Assembly (NCBI GenBank): GCA_963675495.1
Contig: OY776215.1
Location: forward strand, 352,001-416,000
Direction of reading: 5' to 3'
Source of the DNA: an uncultured Methanolobus sp.
GTDB taxonomy: Archaea; Halobacteriota; Methanosarcinia; Methanosarcinales; Methanosarcinaceae
DNA: 64,000 nucleotides
Under the pieces are notes generated by a model. The model searched no databases. It was not told the origin of the DNA and saw nothing but the letters and a program-made list of their open reading frames with translations. The stretch's first letter is position 1; the number at the start of each line of letters is the position of its first letter. Position numbers and translations under genes: made by a program. Positions 1 through 10,375 of the stretch are shown in pieces.

Positions 1-32
1 GTTTTCGTAAAGAAAACTTCTTGGTACTACAT

Positions 33-1412
33 TTAGAGCCCGTAGTTCTCTGGCTTGAATACTGGTACTTCCTTTGAGAATTTCTCCATACAGTCGCTCA
101 TGAATGTCTCGGACTCTGATGTGAGTGCCTCGAATTCTGCGGTTGCCTTTGCAAGTGCACCGAGCTCGAACTTTGTCATATCGAGACCTTCGGAGCCGTT
201 CAGGATGTTGCAGCATTCCATTCCAGCGTTCTTTGCACGGAGGAAAATGTCCTCTCCGTCCTTTATGATTGCTTCTCCAACCTTGTATGCGTTGTCGTAT
301 GCAAGGATGTAGGACTGTGGGTCTCTGAATCTGTCGGAAGCCATGAGGAGGTCTCTGAGGATCTTCTCGTTTCCTGACTTAAGAGCTGTGTTCATGAGTG
401 CACAGTCATAGTTAAGGGACTCTGACCAGCACTGTACTGAGGTACCACCGAATTCTGCGTGGTATTCTACAGATTCGTTTGACCAGAGGTCACAGCACTG
501 CATGATAAGGTTACCCATGACATCTGAGTGTGCACAGGTTGAAGTCTTACCTTCGAAGGACATTGGCATACCTGAGATTGCTTTTACGATGATGTTCTCG
601 TATCCACAGTCTTTTCCTGGACCTACTGCGCCTGCTTCGTATGCAGCGAGTGATCTTGGAGCGGAGATTGCTCTTGCAACGATTGCAAGGGTGTGTGCAA
701 GGTTCTTGTCAAGGAGACCACCTGCAATAAACATTGCAGTGTTTGCCTGTGCACAGTCTGTGTCACCTGCAGCGGTTACGCCTTTCTGCTGTGCTACCTT
801 TGCGATTTCCTGCCAGAGGTAATCCATATCCATGCTACCGAGGCAGCCGATTGCGTAGAGCATACCTGGAACATCGTTCCTGAGTACTGCGTAGTCGAAG
901 ATTTCCTTTCCACCCATTGATTCAATGGACAGGAGGTCTGCGCCGCTCTCTGCGATCTGGTCGAAGGACTCCATGACTACAGTCATCTTGTCGCCTCTAA
1001 GACCTAAGAATTCCTTGTCTTCTCTGATGTCACCAGGAGTGTGTCTGAGTGCGCATTTGATTCCGTACTCTTCGTTGTACTCTTCCATGATGGTCTTCTG
1101 TGCGTGTGCAACAGCTGCTCCCCATGCTGGGTTGTTGGTCATCTGCTGGACGTGCTCTGTCTCAAGTACTACGGATGGGAAACCGACCTGTACAGCCCTT
1201 GCCATAATGTCTTTTGTGATTCTCTGGTACTCGTTTACGAGTTTTTCCTGAGTCTCTCCTGCTTCTGGCCTTGGTGCGTAGTTTACTTCTGCGGTTGTGT
1301 AACCTGCTCCGATCTCAAGGTCAAATCCTGCCTTCACAGGTTTCTTTGCGTTACCGAAGACCATTTCGTCAGCTTCGGAATAAGCCATTGTTGTAAATCT
1401 GTTAATTGCCAT
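33..1412 (-). CDS. mtaB: Methanol:corrinoid methyltransferase MtaB
   Basis: 459 aa; recognisable MtaB sequence (EVNYAPRP, LETEHVQQMT, GDTDCAQANTAMF, GPGKDCGYE, CCDLWSNESVEYH); directly downstream of mtaC. Confidence 0.97.
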   Translation of the reverse strand: MAINRFTTMAYSEADEMVFGNAKKPVKAGFDLEIGAGYTTAEVNYAPRPEAGETQEKLVNEYQRITKDIMARAVQVGFPSVVLETEHVQQMTNNPAWGAAVAHAQKTIMEEYNEEYGIKCALRHTPGDIREDKEFLGLRGDKMTVVMESFDQIAESGADLLSIESMGGKEIFDYAVLRNDVPGMLYAIGCLGSMDMDYLWQEIAKVAQQKGVTAAGDTDCAQANTAMFIAGGLLDKNLAHTLAIVARAISAPRSLAAYEAGAVGPGKDCGYENIIVKAISGMPMSFEGKTSTCAHSDVMGNLIMQCCDLWSNESVEYHAEFGGTSVQCWSESLNYDCALMNTALKSGNEKILRDLLMASDRFRDPQSYILAYDNAYKVGEAIIKDGEDIFLRAKNAGMECCNILNGSEGLDMTKFELGALAKATAEFEALTSESETFMSDCMEKFSKEVPVFKPENYGL

Positions 1413-1423
1413 TTTTGATCACC

Positions 1424-2188
1424 TTAGTGGGTGTGGAATCTTGCTCTAAGTGCTGCAATATCTGCGCCTGCAAGGATAGCGTCTGCCATCTTTGGTGCAT
1501 CTGCTGCTTCTTCACCATATACTCCAAGTGAGTATGTTCCAACGAAGTCCTGGTTTACAGCTCCGCCACCACATGCGAATGGAAGGTCGAGTCCACCCTC
1601 TACAAGACGGTCGTTGACTTCCTTGAATGCATACATGGTTGTTGTCATGAGTGCTGTTCCGGTGAGCATCATTGGCTTCTCTTTCTTTACAGCTTCGATA
1701 ACTTCATCGACTGGGCAGTCACGGCCAAGGTCGACTACTTCATATCCACCTGCTCTGAGGAGTGCTGCAACAATTGACTTACCGATGTCGTGTACGTCAC
1801 CTTCAGCAACGTGGACAACGATCTTGCCTTTTGTTTCCGGGCTTGCACCAGATTCAGTTTTACAGAACTCGATACCGTCGAGCATTGCATCTGCTGACAT
1901 CATTACGTTTGGAAGGAAAATGACACCCTGGTCATACAGGTCTGTTACTACTTTCATACCGACCATAAGTACATCGTCGATGAGTGCGATTGGGTCTTTG
2001 CCTGCTGCGATAGCTGCCTCAAGACCTTCAATTACATCATCCTCTTCACCCTCGAAGATCGCTTCTGCGATTGGCTTGTATAACTCATCTTTTGGATAGA
2101 GTTCGGCTGCCGCCTCTTCAGGGGTCATTGATTTTTCCATTTTAACGTTGTATCTGATAAGGATACCTTCTTTGTCTACTATTAACAT
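1424..2188 (-). CDS. mtaC: Methanol corrinoid protein MtaC
   Basis: B12-binding DxHxxG motif (GDVHDIGK), LTGTALMTTTM, CGGGAV; GGAGG RBS; operon with mtaB. Confidence 0.96.
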   Translation of the reverse strand: MLIVDKEGILIRYNVKMEKSMTPEEAAAELYPKDELYKPIAEAIFEGEEDDVIEGLEAAIAAGKDPIALIDDVLMVGMKVVTDLYDQGVIFLPNVMMSADAMLDGIEFCKTESGASPETKGKIVVHVAEGDVHDIGKSIVAALLRAGGYEVVDLGRDCPVDEVIEAVKKEKPMMLTGTALMTTTMYAFKEVNDRLVEGGLDLPFACGGGAVNQDFVGTYSLGVYGEEAADAPKMADAILAGADIAALRARFHTH

Positions 2189-2314
2189 TCTATACCTCCT
2201 TCAATTTGGATAGTTTAGTTTATTGAACTTGGGTCAAGTTCAATCCAATCTACACAAAAAGGTTCTCTTGAACCTCAATCATGCAATTTTACCATTGTAT
2301 ATAAATGTTTCTTG
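2189..2314 (-). promoter_or_regulatory. mtaCB promoter and structured 5' leader
   Basis: Minus-strand TATA box TTTATATA at 2298-2305 with purine-rich BRE-like bases upstream; perfect 10-bp hairpin ATTGAACTTG-ggt-CAAGTTCAAT (2222-2244); second hairpin AGGTTC-tctt-GAACCT (2260-2275). Confidence 0.6.
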
Positions 2315-2825
2315 CACATAATACACATATATAGCAGTATCTATTCAAAATAAATTCTAAAAATAAAATAGTAATAGAAAAAGCAGCCTATTGATGCATA
2401 TTAAACTAATTATTCGTTTTTGTGTAATACAAAGTCTACAAGTCATAAGCATAGATTTATATATGATAATTAATACGAAAAATCATAATTAATAGTATAA
2501 AAGAAAATGCTTAGTATATTGTATATGTTACATAAAACATTATATTATTTAAAAAATAATAGCTCTACTGAATTCGGTAATTGGAAATTTTAATCTGCAG
2601 GAATACATTGCTCTGGATACAGGCACAACACTTAAGTATTATTTAAGTTTGTTTTTTAGAATTCATAACCACAAATTGAAACAGTTGATGCTCAAATTAG
2701 TTGTTTTACTACCAAAAACAAAGATAATCAAAAAAATAACCATACATACATTATCTATTATTTTATACAAACTATAATTAAAACATATGGGAAAAAAGAA
2801 TATGCACACTTTAAAACTAAAAAAC

Positions 2826-5800
2826 TCAAAGATTTTCTCTGGAGACACATATCGTTATAGGACTTTCATCAAGTTGCCCCATTGAACAGCGCATCTCAAC
2901 AGGTATAACCTCTTGCGACGAAGATTCAAATGGTATCTCACACACATGTGCCTCACCACTAAGAATATCTTTCAATTCTGCCGCAGCTTCTAGAAATCTC
3001 TTCTGAGGGTAAAGATTAAGCAAATTCATACCTGTGAGTTCATCTATGGAGTAATCCAGTCGTTTGCATGAATAAGGATTTGCATAAAGTATACACCCAT
3101 CGTTATCCAGCATGAAAACCAGATCGGTCATTGAATCAAAAATAACTTGCAAGTTCCTGATATCTTTCTGGTCATCCGACTGCTCACGCATACGACCTAT
3201 TACAGGACCAATCTGAGAAGCAATGGTTTCAAGAGAATCACGGACCTCAAACGGAATCCCATATGTACCATGTGACGAAAGCATCAATATAGCTACAAGC
3301 TCCATACCGTATCTGATAGGAATAAGGGCAGTAGCTTCGAGGCCTTCATAACTTAATTTGTCCCCTGGAATCATGGAAGTCAGTTCATAGAATCTTGTAT
3401 ACAATGGATATTCAGTTTTAAGAAGCCGGGCGTGGATGGACTTACCACTATAGTGCCGTGTACTTTTGACAAACTCTGAAGACAGACCGCTATGAGCTAC
3501 TACATTCATATCCCCGGTGCTTTCATCAACAAGGTAAAGTGCACCACAATCCAGATTATCCATTTGGGTCGTGAACTCTACAAGCTGAGAGAACATGTCG
3601 CCTACATCACCCAGTGGATTGAAAAGCATACTCACATCTGAGCCTAGCTGCATGAAATTATTCACATTCTTGCGCTCAGTGATATCTACTATAATACCTT
3701 GTATATATTGTAGATTTCCTTCAGCATCACGCTTTATAAGTGATCTCTCATCCACCCACCTGACCTCACCTGACTTTGTAAGTATACGATACTCAAATGA
3801 CAGGTTGTCCTCTCCGGATAAAATATCGTACTCCATTGTGAGTCTCTCCATATCTGATGGATGGACAATATCACCGTAAAGTACTTTTCCAGACATAAGA
3901 GCATCAGCCTCATAGCCAAACTGGGAAATATTGTCCGAAACGAATTCCACTTTCCAGTCTTCATCGGGTCTCCAGAAAAATACGACCGCCGGACTGCTTT
4001 TGATAACTGTTTCCAGAACTTTCTGAACCTCGATGAGCTCAATAAGTTCCCTTTCTTTTTCTTTCTGATCAGTAATATCCCTGATAATAGCCATTATAGC
4101 AGGTTTGCCTTCATGATCTATTATAGATGAGTTAATTTCTGCAGGAGTACTTTTTCCTGTCTTTGAGACCAACTCGATATCATACTTTAGAGTTGCTTTG
4201 CGGTTCTTTTCAAGACTTCTCTTAAACTTGTTCATAACAAGGCGCTTGTACTCCAGTACTAAGAAATCTTCAAATTGTCTGTGAAGTATTTCAGTCCTTG
4301 AAAAACCGGTGATCTCACAAAACTTCATATTGGCAAATACGAGGACATTATCCTGCACAACTATAATGCCATCATTGCCTTCTTCAACAAGTGTGGAGTA
4401 TTTCTTCTCGGAAGCCTTAATTTCTGCTTCAGCAAGCTTTCTTTCCGATATATCCCTGATATCGATCATTACAGAAGGTTTTCCTTCATGCATAATGAAA
4501 GACAGGCTTATTTCAGCCGGGAAAGTGGTACCATCTTTTTTAAGGAATTCTACTTCATTATTACGGCGAATGCTATGCATATCTTTCAGGACTTTTTTGA
4601 TACGTTTGCTTACCATCCGCTGATACTCGGCTGGTAAATTGTCCGTAAAAGCTCTTTCAAACAATTCTTCCCTGGAATAACCTGTTAATTCTGAAAATTT
4701 TGAATTTATGAATTTAAACGTACCATCCTGAAGGATAATTATGCCGTCGTTTCCTTTCTCTACAAGTGTAGAATATTTTTCCTCAGATGCTTTTAGCTTA
4801 GCTTCAGCGCGTTTTCGTTCAGAAATATCCCTGACGGCCATCATCACAGAAGGTTGCCGTTCATGTAGTATATATGATATACTTATCTCAGTAGGAAAAG
4901 TAGTACCATCGCTTTTAAAGAACTCAACCTCATCATTTCTTTTTATACCGATTTTGTTCTTCAGGACCTTTTTTAAGCGCTTGGAGATCATACGATGATA
5001 TTCCAGTGGAACATAAGATAGGAGATCTCTACCTAAAAGCTCTGTTTCGGTGCACTCTGACATCTGGCAAAACTTTGAGTTTGCAAAACTTAGCGCCCCA
5101 TTCTGGATGATTAGTAGGCCATCATTTCCTTTCTCCACAAGTGTAGAATACTTTTCTTCAGATGCCTTAAGCTCAGTTTCAGCCATTCTCTGAACTGTGA
5201 TATCTTCTATTGAAAGAAGAATATGTGTATCGTTATAGATTCCAATTTCGAGTGGTCTTGCACTAAAGTGCATTGTCCTGCTACCAAGGCCTTCTACATT
5301 ACAATCCAGTTCCAGATTATCGAAGAAAATGTTATCCACCAACAATTTTTCAAGGAACGATTTAAGTAGAGGCCTGTCCCAATTTCGCCCGTAAATATCA
5401 AAAAATAATCTGCCTTCTGTTTTTTCAGGATCCAATTTGAAATAATCATAAAAATACTTGTTAGCAGTAAGAACATGAAATGTGTTGTCAAGCATTAAAA
5501 GAGGATTTGGTATGGTATCAACCATCTTTTGCCGATAACTATTTTTATTTTCCACAGTGCTGTAGTCAGGTCCCAGACTTCCTGTTACAAATATAAGTCC
5601 ATGAAGAAAACTGTTTCCATCCTGCAAGACCTCAAAAGTCTTTTCAATTACTTCACATGTCCTGCCATCCCTGGCCAGCATCCTGTACCCTGTTGAGAAA
5701 TATGATTTTGTGGAATCATTTCTGAATTGATCAAAACTCTCATTTAATTTTTTAACATCATACAAATGGATGATATCGGAGTAATTTATTTTCCCTGAAC

Positions 5801-5951
5801 TAAAATCTTCAACTGAATAGCCTAATAGGGAAATATTATCTGAAACCGATATTACCGACCTATTGTCCTCATTGCTCCAGAGAAATGAAAAAACAGGGCC
5901 AATATCTGTAAGTTCTGCGTCTCTCAGGCAAGACGAATATTTGGTTTCCAT
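2826..5951 (-). CDS. Multi-PAS/GAF sensor protein with no recognisable kinase or output domain
   Basis: Three similar PAS repeats (KASE(E/K)KYSTLVE(K/E)GNDG...RDI), additional PAS/PAC domains, a GAF-like segment; no HisKA H-box or HATPase G-boxes. Confidence 0.85.
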   Translation of the reverse strand: METKYSSCLRDAELTDIGPVFSFLWSNEDNRSVISVSDNISLLGYSVEDFSSGKINYSDIIHLYDVKKLNESFDQFRNDSTKSYFSTGYRMLARDGRTCEVIEKTFEVLQDGNSFLHGLIFVTGSLGPDYSTVENKNSYRQKMVDTIPNPLLMLDNTFHVLTANKYFYDYFKLDPEKTEGRLFFDIYGRNWDRPLLKSFLEKLLVDNIFFDNLELDCNVEGLGSRTMHFSARPLEIGIYNDTHILLSIEDITVQRMAETELKASEEKYSTLVEKGNDGLLIIQNGALSFANSKFCQMSECTETELLGRDLLSYVPLEYHRMISKRLKKVLKNKIGIKRNDEVEFFKSDGTTFPTEISISYILHERQPSVMMAVRDISERKRAEAKLKASEEKYSTLVEKGNDGIIILQDGTFKFINSKFSELTGYSREELFERAFTDNLPAEYQRMVSKRIKKVLKDMHSIRRNNEVEFLKKDGTTFPAEISLSFIMHEGKPSVMIDIRDISERKLAEAEIKASEKKYSTLVEEGNDGIIVVQDNVLVFANMKFCEITGFSRTEILHRQFEDFLVLEYKRLVMNKFKRSLEKNRKATLKYDIELVSKTGKSTPAEINSSIIDHEGKPAIMAIIRDITDQKEKERELIELIEVQKVLETVIKSSPAVVFFWRPDEDWKVEFVSDNISQFGYEADALMSGKVLYGDIVHPSDMERLTMEYDILSGEDNLSFEYRILTKSGEVRWVDERSLIKRDAEGNLQYIQGIIVDITERKNVNNFMQLGSDVSMLFNPLGDVGDMFSQLVEFTTQMDNLDCGALYLVDESTGDMNVVAHSGLSSEFVKSTRHYSGKSIHARLLKTEYPLYTRFYELTSMIPGDKLSYEGLEATALIPIRYGMELVAILMLSSHGTYGIPFEVRDSLETIASQIGPVIGRMREQSDDQKDIRNLQVIFDSMTDLVFMLDNDGCILYANPYSCKRLDYSIDELTGMNLLNLYPQKRFLEAAAELKDILSGEAHVCEIPFESSSQEVIPVEMRCSMGQLDESPITICVSRENL

Positions 5952-6258
5952 GAGATTTTCAGAACTGATGATATGACCTCCATTTCAATGATATTATAGC
6001 CTTAAACCATTCTATTTATTTTTTATACATTTACATGTTTTAGGCAAACACAATTATCTATAAATAATTAGACTCAAAACTAATTTTCACACTTTATTTA
6101 TATCTGACAAAAAAGAAGATATTAAATACATGGAGGATGCAGATTAATATTTGGCTCTCATCTGAATTTTATACTTCCTTCAATCCAATCTACACAAGAG
6201 GGATATGGCTTTGGATGTGAGCCACCTTCTCTACCTTGGTTTTTATGCAGTTATTACG

Positions 6259-7023
6259 TTAATGTACATGAAATTGTTCCCTTAACTCTTCAATGCTTTT
6301 ATTTAGGATTATTGAATCTGCAATCTTTGGGACCATTGCAGCGTCTTCACAATATATACCCAGTTCATAGTTTTGTACAAAGTCCTGAGTTACAGCCCCG
6401 CCACCACATACAAATGGGATTCGTATGTCATTTTCAATTAAGCGGCTATTAACTTCCATAAAAGAATACATGGTTGTTGTCATCAAGGACGTACCAGTTA
6501 GCATAACAGGCTTGTGTTTTAACACAGCATGTATAACTTCATCAATAGGTACATCACTTCCAAGATCGATAACATTATATCCATTTGATTTCAAAAACAC
6601 TGTTAGTATTTTTTTACCTATGTCATGGATATCCCCTTCAACAACATAAGATACAACTGTCCCCTTACATTCATGGGTCTTTCCAGATATCTGTTTGCAA
6701 TATTCAATTCCGTCAGTCATGGCATGAGATGCAATTATCACATCAGGAAGGAACAAGAGTCCGTCATCATATAGCTGGGATACGATATCCATTCCTACCA
6801 TTAGGGCATCGTCTATAAGGGATATGGGGTCTTTTCCGGCTTTTACTGCTTCTTCAAGAGTAATAATGACCTCATCCTCATCACCCTCAAAAACAGCCTC
6901 AACTATATTGCTTAATAGAATATCTGAAGGGAAAAGTTCTCTTGCCACCTCATCACAGGACAACTCACTCTCAAGTTTGACATTATATCGAACAAGGATA
7001 TCTGTTGGATCTATATCTAGCAT
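6259..7023 (-). CDS. MtaC-family corrinoid protein paralog (orphan; no adjacent mtaB)
   Basis: 254 aa, colinear with MtaC at 1424-2188; GDIHDIGK, LTGTSLMTTTM, CGGGAV. Confidence 0.9.
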   Translation of the reverse strand: MLDIDPTDILVRYNVKLESELSCDEVARELFPSDILLSNIVEAVFEGDEDEVIITLEEAVKAGKDPISLIDDALMVGMDIVSQLYDDGLLFLPDVIIASHAMTDGIEYCKQISGKTHECKGTVVSYVVEGDIHDIGKKILTVFLKSNGYNVIDLGSDVPIDEVIHAVLKHKPVMLTGTSLMTTTMYSFMEVNSRLIENDIRIPFVCGGGAVTQDFVQNYELGIYCEDAAMVPKIADSIILNKSIEELREQFHVH

Positions 7024-7350
7024 TGAGCCTCCTTTACTAGAATTTACGTTTTTCTATACGGTACCTGTTAGTTTACAGATGAATAAACTTGTAATAAATA
7101 TTTATTGTATATACACAATATTAATGGCTTGCTTTAGAGTAAGTATAGTATGTAAAGGTAACGTCTAAAAAGTAGACAAAATGATTTTTTACAGAACTGA
7201 TACAGACAATAAACCGTTAAGTATAGACATTATATGTTAAAATAGTGAATTATGAATTAGAAACATATGTTAAAGAAAAAAAAGAATAGTATCAGGCATG
7301 ATAATACCTGCAACAAATACTGTTTTCATGAATTTGTTTATATAATACAA

Positions 7351-7722
7351 TTATAATTCTGCATTCTCATCGTTTTCCCAGATACCAAAAATATTTCCTT
7401 CCGTATCAAGACATATAGCAAGGTAACCCCAGCCAGGGACTGCCATCTGGTTGAGAACTTTACCACCTGCTTTTTCTATCTTTTCAGCATATTCTTTTAT
7501 GGACGGTACGTGTACATAAGCGGTAATTTGTTGCTCAGGCTTGTCCCTGAGACCCATTCCGCCCCTTACTCCTTCTTCTTTTCCCAGACCAGTTGTTTCA
7601 TAAGAATAGTAATCCATATCTGGAAATGGTTTTTCAAATTTCCAGCTGAAAAGATCAGAGTAAAACTTCTTTGCACGTTCCAAATTGTCCGTTGGTACAT
7701 CTATGTAAGTGAAAGTTGCCAT
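7351..7722 (-). CDS. VOC/glyoxalase family protein, copy 1
   Basis: FYSDLFSWKF, GGKV, VPGWG, DTEGNIFGIW motifs. Confidence 0.9.
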   Translation of the reverse strand: MATFTYIDVPTDNLERAKKFYSDLFSWKFEKPFPDMDYYSYETTGLGKEEGVRGGMGLRDKPEQQITAYVHVPSIKEYAEKIEKAGGKVLNQMAVPGWGYLAICLDTEGNIFGIWENDENAEL

Positions 7723-7912
7723 TTATTAACCCCAATTAAGTTTGCATTTAAAGTGATTAATGAGTTCATATTCATAATTCACTAAACATTTTATAGTCAA
7801 TTTTGCCATTTCCCATCTAACGAGCCAGATAGCCATGGAAGCGATTCTAAAGCAGGACCCGATGCGAGCATCATATTGAGCGGTTAATATGAGTTTTCAT
7901 GCAGTAATGCCC

Positions 7913-8281
7913 TTATTCTGCATTCTCATTTTCTTCCCAGATACCAAAAACATTCCCTTCTGTATCAAGACAGATAGCAAGATAGCCCCACCCTGGCACA
8001 GGCATTTGATTCAATACCTTACCTCCGGCTTTGTCTATCTTTTCTGCATATTCTTTAACAGATTCTACTCCTATATAACTGGTAATTCGCTGGCCTGGTT
8101 CTCCCCGAAGACCCATTCCTCCCCTGATACCTCCTTCTCCATTCAAACCAGTTGTTTTAAAGAGATAATAATCCATTTCAGGAAATGGTTTTTCAAATTC
8201 CCAGCCAAAAAGATCGGAATAGAATTTCTTCGCTGTCTCAAGATCGTCTGTTGGTATATCTACATGAACAAAAGTTGACAT
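7913..8281 (-). CDS. VOC/glyoxalase family protein, copy 2 (tandem paralog)
   Basis: Same motifs; highly similar to 7351-7722. Confidence 0.9.
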   Translation of the reverse strand: MSTFVHVDIPTDDLETAKKFYSDLFGWEFEKPFPEMDYYLFKTTGLNGEGGIRGGMGLRGEPGQRITSYIGVESVKEYAEKIDKAGGKVLNQMPVPGWGYLAICLDTEGNVFGIWEENENAE

Positions 8282-8441
8282 TTCTTAACCCCGAATAAAT
8301 CTAGGGGTTAAAATAATTAATAGTTTTGTGTTTAAATGAAGACTCGCCAAATATGCAAATCTGCCTATTTAGATAATCGTACGAAGACAATCACACCACC
8401 TCACCAAATCCTATATAATCCATATCACCATTTCCCATCCA

Positions 8442-9353
8442 ATGAACCCGGGATCAAAAAAACCATACATTGAACTTGTTACCGGCTCGATTCTTTTCGG
8501 ACTGCTAGGTGTATTCGTTGATTACCTGCAAGATGTGCCTACAGGACCAATGATATTCTACAAGCAGCTCTTTGGTGTGTTTTCACTATTGTTATTTATG
8601 CTGATCACTGGAAAGTTGTCCCAGATAATACCACGGAAGAAGAAGCGATATCTTTTGCTTCTTGGGATTATAAACACAACTACCCTTTTCACATATTTTA
8701 CCTGCATAAAATATACCAGTTTCTCAGTGGCAATACTCATGCTTTATACGGCACCTATGTATGTTACCCTGCTTTCACCACTCATACTCAAGGAAAAAAT
8801 AACACGTAAAGGTATGCTTGCATTAGCAATGTCATTTATCGGGCTACTGTTCATTGTTGACATGACAGGTGTAACTACCGGATTCACAGCAGGCAACGGT
8901 TACATCATAGGCATAGCTGCAGGAATGCTTTCAGGTTTTTCCTTTGGTAGCGAGATTGTTACTATTCGTTATATCAAGGATGACTACTCAAGCGTTGCCC
9001 AGCTATTCTGGTATACTCTTATAGGTGTCATTTTGCTACTACCATTTGCCAGCAAAGTCTCAGGACCCGTGCTTACAGACAACCTGAATATGTTGATAAT
9101 ATTCGGAATTGTTAACACCGCCATGGCTGCACTACTCTATGTTAGTGGCATCGCGCAAATAGAAGCTCAGAAAGGAAGTATACTGGCATTGATAGAACCT
9201 GTTAGCGGCATCTTTTTTGATTTTACTATCCTTCACACACCTTTGCTTGCAAACACAATTATCGGTTGCATATTCATTCTGCTTGGTGCTTATGTCGCTG
9301 TAATGGAAAAGAGTCCCAGGATATTTGGAAAATACTTCAGGATCCAAGTGTGA
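8442..9353 (+). CDS. EamA/DMT family transporter
   Basis: About 10 hydrophobic segments; LYTAPMYVTLLSPLILKEKI and IEPV motifs. Confidence 0.9.
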   Translation: MNPGSKKPYIELVTGSILFGLLGVFVDYLQDVPTGPMIFYKQLFGVFSLLLFMLITGKLSQIIPRKKKRYLLLLGIINTTTLFTYFTCIKYTSFSVAILMLYTAPMYVTLLSPLILKEKITRKGMLALAMSFIGLLFIVDMTGVTTGFTAGNGYIIGIAAGMLSGFSFGSEIVTIRYIKDDYSSVAQLFWYTLIGVILLLPFASKVSGPVLTDNLNMLIIFGIVNTAMAALLYVSGIAQIEAQKGSILALIEPVSGIFFDFTILHTPLLANTIIGCIFILLGAYVAVMEKSPRIFGKYFRIQV

Positions 9354-9500
9354 AACAAGAATTGTGCATTAAATTTTTAACAGTAAGACAAATGATAATT
9401 AGATTTATATAGGTATTTCAACATAATTTGAAGTATCTGATATTGAGCTATATTTACAAATGCCAGATTAACAGTGTTAACTTGAGAAAACAGTGGAGAC

Positions 9501-9842
9501 ATGATCATGAGAATGCTTGAGGAATTCTTCCCCGAATTTACCGAGAAACTTGATGAAATAGACAAGCTCTATGCCGAAAAAAGACCTATTGATGAGAAAA
9601 CATATCAATATCTATGCTTTGCCCTTTCCATCAAAGCCAGGTCAAAACCATGCGTATTGAAACATTTCAAAGGTGCTCTGGAGGCGGGGGCCACAGTAAA
9701 GGACCTTTCATATATTTTCGCACTTACCATGAGAGAAGCAGCAGGTGCTGATGACTGCTGGACACATGATGTAATAGGAGACTGGAAAGAGGTCCTGAAA
9801 GGAAATGTATCTTGCAGTTGTTCCGGTGATGAAGATAAATAA
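9501..9842 (+). CDS. Carboxymuconolactone decarboxylase/AhpD-like protein
   Basis: IDEKT...CVLKHFKGALEAGAT pattern; Cys-rich C-terminus. Confidence 0.8.
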   Translation: MIMRMLEEFFPEFTEKLDEIDKLYAEKRPIDEKTYQYLCFALSIKARSKPCVLKHFKGALEAGATVKDLSYIFALTMREAAGADDCWTHDVIGDWKEVLKGNVSCSCSGDEDK

Positions 9843-9907
9843 AATCATAAACCAATATTTCAGCAAACATTACTATCGTTAAAAACAGTGAATTTAGAGG
9901 TTATTAT

Positions 9908-10231
9908 ATGCCAACAAGTGTAAACGTAAACTCAACAATCTGTGGTTTCACACACAAGATAACCGGAAAGTTAGATGGTATGAATATCATTATAGATATT
10001 GAAACACCGTGCCCAAAAATAAAGGAGATGTCATACATGGAAGTTCCAATGATGGAAACCATGGATATAAAGGACAATTATGTAATGGACATGGCAAAAA
10101 AAGCCCGTTGCACACCGGGATGCATTGTACCATCCGGAGTTTTACACATATGTAGACTGGAGTCAGGGATGATCGCAAAGAGCCTTGCAAAGAAAGCAGG
10201 TCCAATTAGTATTGAATTCTCGGAGAGCTGA
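9908..10231 (+). CDS. Small Cys-rich protein (DUF6951-like), paralog 1
   Basis: ICGF..IETPCP..CTPGCIVP..ESGMIAKSLA. Confidence 0.7.
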   Translation: MPTSVNVNSTICGFTHKITGKLDGMNIIIDIETPCPKIKEMSYMEVPMMETMDIKDNYVMDMAKKARCTPGCIVPSGVLHICRLESGMIAKSLAKKAGPISIEFSES

Positions 10232-10375
10232 GCTTTTACAGAAGAAGCTTACCCCTTCTTTTTCAACCTTTATTTGCTCTTCACACTAACTTTTCAGAAA
10301 ATAAACATCAATAAACCATATTTCTGTTATGATGCAATTCTCTATCTATTTACTATGACTTTTTTTCTATGATAC

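Noticed and set aside
55-2099. Long plus-strand ORFs opposite mtaB/mtaC (and similar shadows opposite agcS, sfsA, rSAM, cdhA)
   Set aside because: Antisense shadows produced by codon bias; no RBS or family motifs
2663-2848. 61-aa ORF downstream of the PAS gene
   Set aside because: AT-rich intergenic composition, no RBS, overlaps a real gene end
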